Source of the DNA: Blastocystis sp. Blastoise | Taxonomy: Eukaryota > Protista > Bigyra: Opalinata | NCBI GenBank assembly: GCA_039096225.1 | Contig: JBBPEB010000019.1 | Location: forward strand, 1-64,000 | Length of the DNA: 64,000 nt | Direction: 5' to 3' | Part shown: in pieces, positions 1 to 13,700 of the stretch | Numbering within the stretch: position 1 is the first letter of the stretch | How the letters are laid out: each line of letters begins with the position of its first letter | Position numbers and translations under genes: made by a program | The notes under the pieces: generated by a model | What the model saw: the letters and a program-made list of their open reading frames with translations, nothing else | What the model was told of the DNA's origin: nothing | Databases searched by the model: none

Positions 1-846
1 TCTCTTTTATTCATCATCTTCTTATATTTATGTTTTTACTTTTTTTGTTTTTTACAATTTGTTTTCACTCATGCAACGCAATTTACTGATTCACTAAATT
101 TTTTTATTTTTTTCTTTTTCATCTACTATCATTATATATTTAATTGCATTCATTTTAACACAAAAATCATCCTCTAATTTCAGATAGAACAGTTTTAAAA
201 TTCACTTTCTTTTCTTATTCTTCATAGAATTCTTTTTCCTTTTTAGAATTCTTATCATTCTTTTCACTCATTTCTCACTCTTCTCACTCACTTTCTTTCA
301 CATTCAATATTCTGATTCATTCATCTCTCTTTTTTCAGCTTCCTTTCTTCCTGTCCTGTCTTTATTCAATCTCAAAAAACATTTTATATCTCTTTTTTAT
401 CCATTTTTTTATCATTTTAATACTCTTACTTTCATTTTTAGTCACTCTTTCTCATCTAATTTAGTTTATCTCCTCATTCCATAACTTTCTTATTTAATAA
501 ACATTTTTCAATTATTACAAAATTTCATACTTTTACGAATTAAAATATTTAGCAACCAGAAAATATAAATCATGAACTATTTTTTTAATAACATGATTAA
601 ACACAACACTAATTAGAAAAAAAAATAATTGACGAATGATAAAGTACATAAGTAGATAAAAGAATGGTACATATAAGAAATCCACTATATAATTATAGCA
701 ACAACAAAGCATAAATAAATAAATATATATATATATCAACAATAAATAAAAGAACTATTCATATTAATAATTTGAAGTATTATTCTACTAAATAAATAAG
801 AAAACGGAAATTACTAAATAAAAATATATGATTCAATAATGTTTGT

Positions 847-1272
847 TTATTCTGAAAGTTGTTTAATTTGTTGAATATAATCTGGAGCTCTTAACATTTC
901 TGTTGTTCCAATAATAATATTCTTATTATACTTTAAGCCTTCAGAATTGATTTGTTTTAATTCATTATAGCATATGCCTCCAGCGACAAAAACAATAACT
1001 CTCTCTCCTGGCATAATATGAGGCTTTTCTTCAGGTAATCCATACCAGGCCATTTCCTTATGAATAGAAGGAGTATCTCCATCAAAGAGTCTCTTATTTC
1101 TGGCAGCACCTCGAACACTACTGATTTTTGTATGAATAGAAACAGAAGGATAGTTCCCGCGTTGCTCATATTCTTGGCGGGATAAATCACCACTCAAATA
1201 TAAATCAAGAATATCTACTATTTGTGATATATATCGAGTTTTAATTACTTCATTATTACGATCCTTTTTAGC

Positions 1273-1347
<75 letters not shown>

Positions 1348-1657
1348 TGTTGCCATTTCTTTTTGACTAACCAATAAAGAGAAATCCTATATTGATATAT
1401 AATATACAACATATATATATATACTTCTGACGTTTTAATCTTCATATATTTAATATTACTAATATCATCAAAGGATAATAATTGAATTTTTCCCAAGGAA
1501 ATAAGTTCTCTAATTTCTTTATCTGGGACATTATATAAGATACAATAAAGAAGAATAAGACGAATCTATATAGGTTTTAGTATATTATATAGAACTATAG
1601 AATAAGAATAAAACCAAATGAGCATACCTTATCATCTTCTCTATAGATATATATATA

Positions 1658-1688
<31 letters not shown>

Positions 1689-2788
1689 TATACTTAAATT
1701 GTGGATTGCCAACAATATCTTTCAAGGATGAATATAAAGTGATTCTATATATATATGGCTATATATATTTATATATATATATATACCTATTAATAACTGT
1801 GCCCATATCATCACAAGCAGTACATAAATTTTGTTCCTATATATATAATTATATCTATATATATATGAATATATATATATACCATTTCAGTAATAGCTTT
1901 AAGGTTCTTTGTAGCGAATTCAGTCATACATTTCTTCGTCATATTAAAGTGAATAGCTAATTTATCCTTCTGATCACGAATTTCAGGCAATTTCTTCACT
2001 AGATCAGCCAATGTAGAAATATCATTCTATATATATATTCATATATATTGATATATATATATATATATATACCTTTTGAGTATCAAGATATTCTATGAGT
2101 TTGTCATAAGCAGTTTTGATATTACCTATATATATAAATATAACTATATATATAACTATATATATATATATACTTTGTGTATTCAGAATATGCATATATT
2201 TATAATGTTCATAAATAGTATCTTCACGATTAAATATATACGTCTTCTCTCCATCTTTATACTAGAAATATATATATATGTAATAAATCGATATATATAT
2301 ATATATATATATACTTCTCCTTGATCATTAATAGGTAGAACATCCATAAGTAAGCTCTATAGATATGATTGGATAATGAATGTACGGAGTAGAAATATAT
2401 ACTTGATACGTATAATCATGAAGAAGAGGAGAGAGAGGGTCAACTGAACGATCTACTAATAATAAAACACCATGATTCACAAAATTATGATCTGTATGGC
2501 TTTGTTTATAATCTTTCATTAATTGCTCAAAATGTTTGGCAATATCTTCACATGGAAATCCTTTCTATATGATTATATTATTATATTTATATTATTATAT
2601 ATAAAACTATACTTTATTTCGAATAACAGGATCTTCATCCATAACTACACATATTTCTACTAACTATATATATATGTTAATAATAGTATATATATATATA
2701 TATATATATACATACTCGTTTCGCTATTTGAAGACATAATTCGTTATTAAATTGACGACCAAAGAGCTGTACACAACTCTTCTGTATA

Positions 2789-2881
<93 letters not shown>

Positions 2882-3777
2882 CAAAGAATAATATATAATA
2901 TACCTAAAGAAAATAAATTTTCTTCTAATAATTTGACATCAATGTCTAATGTATCAACATCCTATATATATATATTATTATTATTATTATTATATATATC
3001 CTTATTAAAACAATAATAATAAACATAATAATAATAAACAAAATAAAATAATAAACAAAAACATAATAAAATATAAACATAATAATAAACATAAACACAA
3101 TAATAAACAAAATAAAATAATAATAACCATAATAATACCTTGAGGTGTTTGCCTATAACTTTATGTTGTTTCAAGTTCTGTAATGTTTCTTCTTCAACTT
3201 TTCCAAGGAAACGAATATATAAGTCATCATATAGATATGTATCAACAGATAAATCTTTCATTCCACAATATAAAAACCTATATATAGATTATTATATATT
3301 GCAAATATATAAAATCAAAAATATAAAAATAAAAATAAAGCATACTTGTCCCAACAACCTCCTTCTTGGAATTTCTGACTTAAAACACCAAAATCTTTAT
3401 ATAACATCTCAAGATTCTCAGAAGTAGGAGTAATAAAATATAAAGCTTTAACACCATGAACTTCATCACGGATAGATTCAATATGTTCTATCACTAAATA
3501 ATGAAAATTATTAATAGAACAAAAACTAATAATCAAATAAATGAATAAAATAATAATAAATATACAAATGCAGCCATTCTCATAAAGTGTAAAGGCTCCA
3601 ATCGTAGAATTAATTAATTCTTTAGTTTTGTTATCAACGATTAGTATGTATGATTCATTCTTTAAGCATCCAAACACATTTGATAATAAAACTACAGATA
3701 ATGTTTAGCAGAAAGGTAATAAAACACATACAATCCTTCACAGATTGATACACCGAAGATCTTAGTTTGTTTTCCAT
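847..3777 (-). CDS. Sec1/Munc18 (SM) family vesicle-fusion protein, multi-exon
   Basis: Manual splicing from ATG 3777 ([10 protein letters not shown]...) through GT-AG introns gives SM motifs: [75 protein letters not shown]; TAA at 847-849. Confidence 0.9.
2791..2880. repeat. (TA)45 microsatellite in a Sec1 intron, abutting the 3' splice site
   Basis: Directly visible; a similar tract lies at 1276-1342. Confidence 0.95.
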
Positions 3778-4027
3778 AATAAATATTTGATTAATTTATA
3801 ATTAAATAGTCTGCAAAACAATATAAATTAAAATAACAATTCTTTCTTTCATTTTGTTACGATTGTCCCATCATCAAAACGGTCTCCCACGGTATTTCAT
3901 TAGATATTCCCAAGGATCTCTATATTTCTTATGTTTTTTTACAAATATTTTTAAATATTTCTTTTATAAATCAGAAGGTTATTTCAATTTTATTTACATT
4001 TTTTGATTCGTACAGTGAATAAACTCA

Positions 4028-4363
4028 ATGCAAAGTATATTTATAAAGCTCATTTTTGTTATTTAATTGTATTTTATCCGTAGATCCTCATGAATATCAG
4101 CAAATGAAAATAATTAAAAGAATGGTAAAAACTGTAGATCGTTTGTCAGTTACTATAATGGATCTTACAAGTCAAATGAATGTACATATATATTTTTTTT
4201 TCTAAATTTCTGTGTTTCTAGTTCTATTTATATGTTCTTATATATATAGCAATTAAATGAGTATAAAACAGATATAGATTATGTTAATGAAATATGGACA
4301 AGATATAATACAAAAATTGATTTATCACTTAAAGCAAAACAAAAAATTGAAAAAGGAATATAA
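4028..4363 (+). CDS. DAD4: DASH/Dam1 complex subunit Dad4-like, 72 aa, 3 exons (4028-4034, 4084-4181, 4250-4363)
   Basis: Spliced product MQNPHEYQQMKIIKRMVKTVDRLSVTIMDLTSQMNQLNEYKTDIDYVNEIWTRYNTKIDLSLKAKQKIEKGI; canonical GT-AG introns; M-x-NPHE..Q start, size and helical pattern match Dad4 as I recall it. Confidence 0.75.
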
Positions 4364-4764
4364 TATTTTTTTAAATACATAAAATAGAATATATAAGAAA
4401 AATATATCAAATATATATATGAATACTGTTTAAAAACGAGTATAGACTTTTATCAAATTAGATTTTTAAAAGATGGATGGTATCAAGAAATATTTTTTTT
4501 TTTTAACTATTTTTATTATTATGGTTGTTGATTTGTAGTTATTATTAAAATATATATAAATTTGTTTTGTTTGATTTCTATTCAAGTTTAATACATATAT
4601 ATTTTTAATAACAAAATATATATTTAAAAATAACAAAAGAAATTTATGTAAATATGAATGTGATTGACAAAGAAATATAGTATTATAAAAAGAAAGGTAA
4701 GTATGAAAATAAAGGAGGTTTTGATGTATATATATATATAGTATATAAAAGGATGATGATTCAA

Positions 4765-6643
4765 TTAATTCAAATCATCAAAGGCTCCTACTGCAGGCGA
4801 ACTTTCTACTTGGGTATCATTTTCAATAGGCTTTACCTTATCCTATATAGATTGAATAAATAATATTTAAATATATTCATATACTAATTTTATAACTAAT
4901 AAAAAAATGTATTATGAATAATATTGTTAATATAATATATATATAACTAACAAATAAATAATATTGTTAATATAATATATATAAAACTAGCAAATGAATA
5001 ATTTTAAAAGTTCATAAATAGATACATTATTATGATGATAACCATAAGTATTATATAAAGAGCTGATCGTACCAGATAAATAAGTAGCTTCATAAGGTAA
5101 ATAGAGCTTAACATTGTTTTTCTTTAAAGAAATAGATTGTAAGAATTCTAAATATCTCATAGAAAGCATATATTGGGATTGACTCTTAGCATATGCCTTC
5201 ATAACACTATTAATCATATTTAAGGATTGACTTTCAGCTCTAGCGATTTCAATACGAGCTTGAGAGGCACCTTCAGAGATTTTTCGAGTGGATTCTTGTT
5301 CTGCGAGACCATTATTCTGTTTTACAATCTTGGTACCTTCTGAACGAATCTTTAAAGCAGCTTTCTTACCTTCAGCAACAATAAATTGACCACGACGTTC
5401 TCTTTCAGCAATCATTTGAGCCTTCATAGCATCACGAGTAGAAGATCTAGGAATCATATCTAATAATTCCATACGTTCAACACGAATACCCCATCCTAAG
5501 AAACGAGGAAGGAAAGCTTCCTTCATATAACTATATAATATATTTATAATAAATATATTATATATATAATATATATATAATAAAATAATCATATAATAAT
5601 AATAAAATATAATAAAATAATCATATAATAATAATAAAATATAATAATATAATACATATAATATATATATATAATATAAATAATATAATAAATATAATCA
5701 TATAATAAATATAATCATATAATAAATATAATATAAAAAAAATAATATAATAAATATAATATATAATCGTTAATCTTATCTTGAGAAGTCATACATTCTT
5801 GGAAAGTCATTCGACCAAATACTTCTTTTAATTGAGTTTGAGCAACGTTAATAATAGCAGATTGAAGATCATCAACTTCATATATAGCTTTCTTAATATC
5901 AACAATTCTATAATACATCAAAGAATTTACATCTAATAAAATAGTATCCTTAGTATAAACCTATATATATATATATTTAGTTTATTATCTATATTATTAA
6001 ATAATAATTATAGAATCAACATTATTTAAATGTATAAACTTCTTGTCTAAGAAAATCAAAGACATTTTCTCTCTTATCAATAACATAATTAGAAGTACTC
6101 TCATCACGAATAGAACCATCTACACCAATATAAGTCTTTGACCAAGTGAAAATTCTTGGATTATCAATGAAAGGAGCCTTAATATATTATTTTAAATAGT
6201 TTATTTTCATATAATTTTCAAATATATATATATGCTAAATAAAAGATATAACAGAAAAAAAGATAGCAAAAAAAATAGCAAATAAAACGATACAACAAAA
6301 AAAAAACAATAAAGCGATAACAATTTTAAAAAACAAAAACAAAACTTACAATAACATGAATACCAGGATTTAATACTCTATGGAACTTTCCAAGACGTTC
6401 AATAACAATACCTAAAGAAAGTAAAATAAATCATAACAACAGAAAAACAAATTATTTTTTTTGAAATACCTTCAGTTTGATGAACAATGTAAAAAAATCT
6501 CGTAATAATGTATAATATCTATATATGATATGAATATTATATACTCCTAAAGTATGATGTTTAAAGCAAAATGTCTAGAAATATACTATAAGCAATATAG
6601 CAATAATAATAACGGCGATATAAATTCCAGCTAATTCAGCCAT
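4765..6643 (-). CDS. SPFH/band-7 (stomatin-like, QmcA/SLP-type) membrane protein, multi-exon
   Basis: N-terminal TM (MAELAGIYIAVIIIAILL), IVIERLGKFHRVLNPGIH, YYRIVDIKKAIYEVDD, WGIRVERMEL, QMIAERERR...AEGKK; last exon ends DDLN-TAA at 4765. Confidence 0.9.
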
Positions 6644-7718
6644 GTTAGTTTTATACGATCAGCCAAAAACGATAAATAGTATTAATATACTCTTTTTAAA
6701 AAAAGATAATCTCTTTTAATAGATCAGTCAGACTGAATACATAAAAATCACTATAAAAAACGGCTATTTTGATTTTCAAGATTATTTTCTAATTTTCCTC
6801 ATAATTTATCTGTTTATCACGGTTCTTCAATTCGAGAACTCTGTTTCATTAAAAAAAACAAGTCTTTATCATCATGTTTCGTTATTTGATTTGTTTCTTT
6901 TTATTTCATCCAATTGACTAATTCTGAAGTTTCTAATTATTGATTTGAACTCATTTCAATATGAGTATCTCGATATTATAGTTCTTATGTAATTCAATTG
7001 ATTCTTTAACATGTCACATTCAATCAATTTTCAAGAATAAAAACATATATATATATATAACAAAAATTGTCACCAATATAATTCAAATGGATTTGCCGAC
7101 ATTTATTCACACTTGAATACTCTTCATGATGATCAAACTGATTTATTCTTACATTCTCATTGCTATTTTCTACAAACAAGATAAATTCATTATTAAATTT
7201 TACAAAAATATTCATTAAAAAAATCAAAATAAACATATATTTCATTTCTTATTCAATAAAATAACTATATCAATTTATAGAATCTATTGAAAATCATATC
7301 ATTCAATTTTATATAATAAAATTATGTACAGATGACTACTACTAACAGATCTTTTACATAAACTCGCAGAATTCTGTTATTTTCAATCTTCTTTTACTGA
7401 TAATTTTTTCTCTACTACACAGTTCTGTCATTAAATCACTAGATGGAACTATTTCATCATTTGAAGCACAACAATTACTTATGAATTACACTATTTCTCA
7501 TAATTTAACTATATTCAGAAGCATCAAGACTATTCTCTTATTCATAAAAATAATTGTTTAACTTATAAACAATATATATCTTTGACTAATGAATAATAAC
7601 AAAAAGATAACGTATTTCCGTGGAAACTTACTGTCATTCCCTAATAAAAATGAAAATTTAGAAAACAATAAATGTTTATTATAAACGCACATTTTTTTTG
7701 TATTCTTAATACTCAAGA

Positions 7719-10700
7719 ATGTTATATAAATTCTTTATTTTAGCATTCTTTCTATGTTGCACAGTCTCCAGTAAGTAACTATAAATATAAAATAAATTAA
7801 AATCTTTAGGTGAATATCAATCATCTGAAAGTGAATTATGTGTGAATGTTACAATCATTCGAAATTATGGTTCTAATGCATACAAGGAGTTCATAACTGT
7901 TTATGAAGAAAATACTACAGAAAAACAACTTCAATTTAAAATCATGTATACTTTAGGAGATCCATTAACACAAAATTTTACTACTTGTCTACCTGAAGGA
8001 CTTTACAAAATTGTTTTAATTGATTTGTATGAATTATTAAATAGAATCCATTGTTTTTTATATTGAAATTTCATTTCTTTTAATTTTTTTTTTAATTTTT
8101 TGTGATTATTTTCTTTCATTCTTTTCCTTTTTATAATTGTTATTTCTATAACTGTACAATTATTATTATTTTAATTTATTTTCTACAAATTATTTAATAC
8201 TATTTTTAAATATTATTTTAAATATCTATAAAGGTCAGAAATGGGTTGGTCTGATGGTTCTGATTTTACGTTATATATAAATAATTATTTATTATTATCA
8301 GATAGATTAGAATCCAATAATAAAAAGACTCTTCATTTCAATAGTATATTTTTATTATTATATTATTGTAGTATATTATTATGATTCTATTATGATTATA
8401 TTATTTTATATTATTATTTCCAAAAATATTCTATTACATTATAAAGTAATCCAATTATCACTATAACTATAGCATATTTCCTTATGAATCCTTCGGTTAA
8501 ATGGAAATATAAGAATGTTATATTAATGAATCAGAATTGGTTAGCTAGTAATTACGATACATCAGATTGGGCAGAATATGAATCGAATTCGTTTCCAGGA
8601 TTTGAGACATCTTTACGTTATTATCGATATGAAAATAAAGTATCATTTTCTTTAGTAGAATATCCATTTTTTATCTTTGGATTTCGTTCTCGTGAAGGTA
8701 TTGTCGTTTATTTAAATTCAAAAGAGATTTATAGAAATAACTTCGATAGTAATACTGTAATTAATCCTTTTACTTATGCCAAACGAGAAGATACTTTACA
8801 TATATATCATTATATATCCATTAAAATATCTCAATTGATTAAAGAAAATGAGAATTTTGTTTTAGGTATTGAAATTCATCCTGCATATGAACATATGCCT
8901 GTAGAAGATCATTTTGAAGCATTTATACTTCCAATATATGGAAATAAAATAGAACGATTTCTTTTATCAGAAATTCTTATAGATGATTCTTCTCATTCTA
9001 TTATTCCTCTTTCTTCTCATTCTATTAATTCATATGATTTTAAAAATTCATCATATTCATCATCACATTTGTCTTCATCTTCATCTTCATCTTCATCTTC
9101 ATCTTCATATTTATCTTCGTCTTCATCATCTTCATATTTATCTTCATCTTCATCTTCATCTTCATCTTCATCTTCATCTTCATCTTCATCTTCATCTTCT
9201 AATATATTAATTTCTCTTAAAGATCATAATAAAAATACTTATTATAATTTTAGTAATGATTATGAAAATGTTTTTCAATTCATTCTTACCAATCGTTTTG
9301 AATGGATTAATGCAATTGAAATCACTTCAGGACCTATTTCTGAACTACTTCTCAATTCTAATAATCATCAACAATACTTTTATATGCATATTTATGCTTC
9401 ATTCTCTATAAATGATCCAAAACAATTCATTCATTCTATTCTCTTAAAACCTTTTACAAGTGAAAAACAAACACAATTCTATAAATTTCTAGATCTAGAT
9501 ATAAATCAATATTATTCTGTATTTTATATTTATTTTCAAACTTCTTCAATTTCCTTACCTATTTCTTATCTCTCTTTATCTGAAATTCATTTTTTCTCTA
9601 TTGATGAATCTTCTATCTCTTCCTTTCAATATACAACTAATATACTTAATCTATTTATAAATACATATTTTTATTTTGCTCCTTATTCTTCTGGTTATAC
9701 TTCATATACTATTCTTGATAAGAATGAACTTCCTGATGGAATCCAATTCTGTCATCAAACAGGTACATTCTTTGGTATACCTACTTCAACTATTTCTATT
9801 GTTCTTGCTATTGAAGCTACTCATAGTTTATCTCAAACTACATCTACATTCATCTTACAAATCTATGTAATTGACCCTCATCCTTCTCTATATATTCCAT
9901 TAATTATAGAATATCTTAATAATAATCAACAAAATAATATTACTTCTCTACTTAATACTACCTCTATTTATAATTATTCTTTTATTAATAATAATACACA
10001 ACCTTCCCTTGATAGTAATACAACATATCTATATAATGATGTCAATTTAGATATGGTTCTATTAACTAATAATAATAATACAATTATTACTTCTTTCACA
10101 GGTACATTCTCTCCTTTTCTTCAAAAACTCTATATTCCTTACTCTCTATTCTATGTATATCTCCTTCAACTCAATAATATACCTTGGTCATCTTCATCTA
10201 TTCTCAAAATCTCTTATATAGAAAGAAATACTATATTTCCTTTACTTCAATCAAAACTCTTTATCAAACATCCTATATCTATTCCTATCTCTTTAGAATA
10301 TATTATCTATCCTCATAATGAAACTTTTCTCTGTAATATATATAACCCTTCTTTCTCTTCTAATTGGTATTCACTTGATTATATTCCAGATTCTCAATGG
10401 TTTACTTGTTATAATAATATACTTTCTACTTATCAACCAAATACTTCTTCTATACTCAATAATATTCATCTATTTCGTAAAATATTTCATATTAACGATA
10501 CACTTTCTCTGTATTCTTCTATTGAAATACATATACAAGCTCCTCCTGGTTTAATTCTATATATAAATGATCATCTTGTTTATAAATCAAACATTACTGT
10601 CGATTCTATAGTAAATACAACATATCCTCTCTCTTCTTCTATAGACTCTATTATACGTGTCATTACACTTTCAACAATCTTTATTCATCAAGGAGATAAT

Positions 10701-13700
10701 CTTCTTTCTTTTGCATATATATATCCTTCAGATCTATTTAATCATTTATCAATACAAAATACATATATGTCTCTCAAATTAAATATTCATAATGAATTCA
10801 ATAGTTTATCTTCTTCTTATTCTCTTCAAGGAAAAACAGATAAAGACTCTAGTTTATCCTCTCTTGTAGATGGAAATTATAATACTTCTTGGAAATATAC
10901 TTATATTGCTAAAGAAGAAACATCAATTCCTATAATTATATATATGGGAAATTCATTTGATTCTTATTTTGTTGATGGTTATTGTCTTGTTAAGAATTTT
11001 GATACATATAATAATGATATTATTAATTGGTCTTTCTATGGTTGTGAAGAACAAAATGAAGATGAAAATATTAATTCTTATTCTCAAGGGGATAATGATG
11101 AAAATATTCATATAGAAGAAAATACTCAAAATAATTATTTTTATGTATTCAATAATATGAATAAAAATTTAAAATGTACTCTACTAGATACAAAAAGTAA
11201 TATATATTGGACACAATCTATAGAACGTCGTTGTTTTCCAACTGTATCTCATAATTCTAGTTATCGTATATATCAATTTATCTTTGATCGTGCTTATTAT
11301 CTTGAATCTCAGAATTTTCAATCACTTAATGAAATTGAACTTCTTGTTTATAATAGAAATATTCATCTTAATATACAATATCCATCTAATACAATTCATT
11401 TTCATAAATATGAAACCGTTAAACCAATTCAACCTATTATTACAAAGAATACTCTTTATTCAAATTCATTAAATAAGATATCTTCACCATTGTATCCATC
11501 TTTTTATCTACCTTTATATTCTATTCCTTCTTCTCAAGAAAATTATTATTTTGGCTATCCATTAACAGCTACAAAAGATATAGTACTTCAATTTGCAGGT
11601 ATTTATATTGATTCAAGTAATGGATATATATATGGGCAACCTTTTACATTCACTATACCTGTTAATTATACTATTTATATACAAGATTTATTCGAAAATA
11701 AATATACATTTACATTTTTATTAACAGTATCTTCATGTAAAAATAATTATTCTTTGATATATCTTTCATTTCATACAAATAGTCTAAAGAATAAAACAAG
11801 AATGTATTATATGTTACAACGTTATAATACATCAACAAATCTTTATGATGATATACAATATTCTATAAATGTCCCACCAAATTCTATTTATAATGAAGGT
11901 ATTTGTGTTCAAGAAGGTACATATCAAATTATACTTAGTGATTCTATGCATTCTAGTTGGAATGGAAGTTTTCTTTGTATATATAATAATGATTATTCAT
12001 TAAATATTTGTGGTTTATCTACTCCTGATAATATTGTTGTTCGTTCTTCTTTCATTGTACAACATCTTTATAATGAAGATGATTATTATTGGTATAATCT
12101 TAATAATCAAAATCAATTTTCTCCTTCTAATAATTGGCAATGTACTACACCTGATATGAATATACAAAATAATATAGATACTCCTTATCATCATAATTCC
12201 TTCAAACAAGATCAGTACTTAATATCAAAAACTTATTGGACATATACAACTCCTGAATATTTAGAATATACTAAAGGAATTACACAATATTTTATACTTC
12301 CTATTACTGTAGATAATATTGATCTTTATAGTGCTCTTTCTATTACTTTTTTTTATTTAGAAGGCATTCTTCTTTATATTAATTGTCTTGAAATATATAG
12401 AGATCATTTACCTCTTCAAGATGTTACTAATAATACTTATAGTACTAATAAAGTTCCTTTCTCTTCTAGTCAATATACAACTATTTATATAGCTACACAA
12501 TATTCTGTATTTAATTTACATAATGGTACAAATTATATTGCAGTTGAGATTCATCGTTGTCGTTGGCCTTATTATGATAGTTACTTCTCTCTCTCTTATA
12601 CTCTTATTCATGATCGTAGTTATATGGTTAAAGATGGAATAGTATTATATGATCCATCGACTATTGATGTTAGTTGTCTCTATGCTTTTGATAATAATAC
12701 ACAAACATTTTGGGAAGAAGATAGTTGTTCTAATCTAATAGTTAGCTATCATTTTAAATCTAATAAATTTCAATATATTAATTCTTATAGTATTATTAGT
12801 ACAAATCATTGTAATAATCATCATCCTTCTGAAATCTTATTAGAAGGATCTACAGATAATATTCATTTTTATTCATTACATTATTCAGATTCTATTCATT
12901 TCACTTCATATTCTCAAGAACTTACTTTTGATTTCTATACTCCTTATGTATTTAATACTTATAGATTTACTATTTCTCAATGTTCTAATGATTTATTACC
13001 TGAAGATGATCCTAATGAATGTAATATTCCTGGTTTTCATATTGCAGAAATTCGTCTTTTCTCTAAGCGACTTCATGGACTATGTAAATCAGATGGATAT
13101 TGGGATGTAGCTGTTTATGGAAGTTATGGATTTCAAGATTGTGAAGGATATTTAATTGGTCATAAACGTCGTTATTGTAATGAACAAGGTGAATGGGATA
13201 ATGAAATTATAGATACTTGTCATATTGGACCACCTACTTATTTTATGTATCCACAAACTTTATATACATATTATGTAGATCAAGCAATAAAACCTCTTTA
13301 TCCTGATATAAATACATATAATCTTACATTTTATGAAGTTACTCCTCTTCCTCTTGGACTCTCTCTTGATCGTTCTACAGGAATTATATCAGGTATTCCT
13401 CTTAAAGGAGATAATGAATATACTGCAGTATTACAAGTAGTTAATGATATTGGATATTTAAATACAGTCCTTTTCTTTTCTATTATTGGTACTCAATCAA
13501 AATTATATTGTGAACCTGATTTTATATGGCCAATGACACCTATTAATACTACTGCTAGTAGACCATGTTCTGAAGGACAAATAGGTGAATTTACTAGATA
13601 TTGTGAATTTATAAATATACCTACATGGAAACCTTCTAATAATACATGTCATTATCTTCCTGATTATGTTACTGTTATCTATAAATCAATTTATTTTACT

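Noticed and set aside
840-849. TGTTTGTT motif linked to polyadenylation-created stop codons in Blastocystis
   Set aside because: It is on the antisense strand of the Sec1 3' end, and all complete genes here have genomic stop codons.
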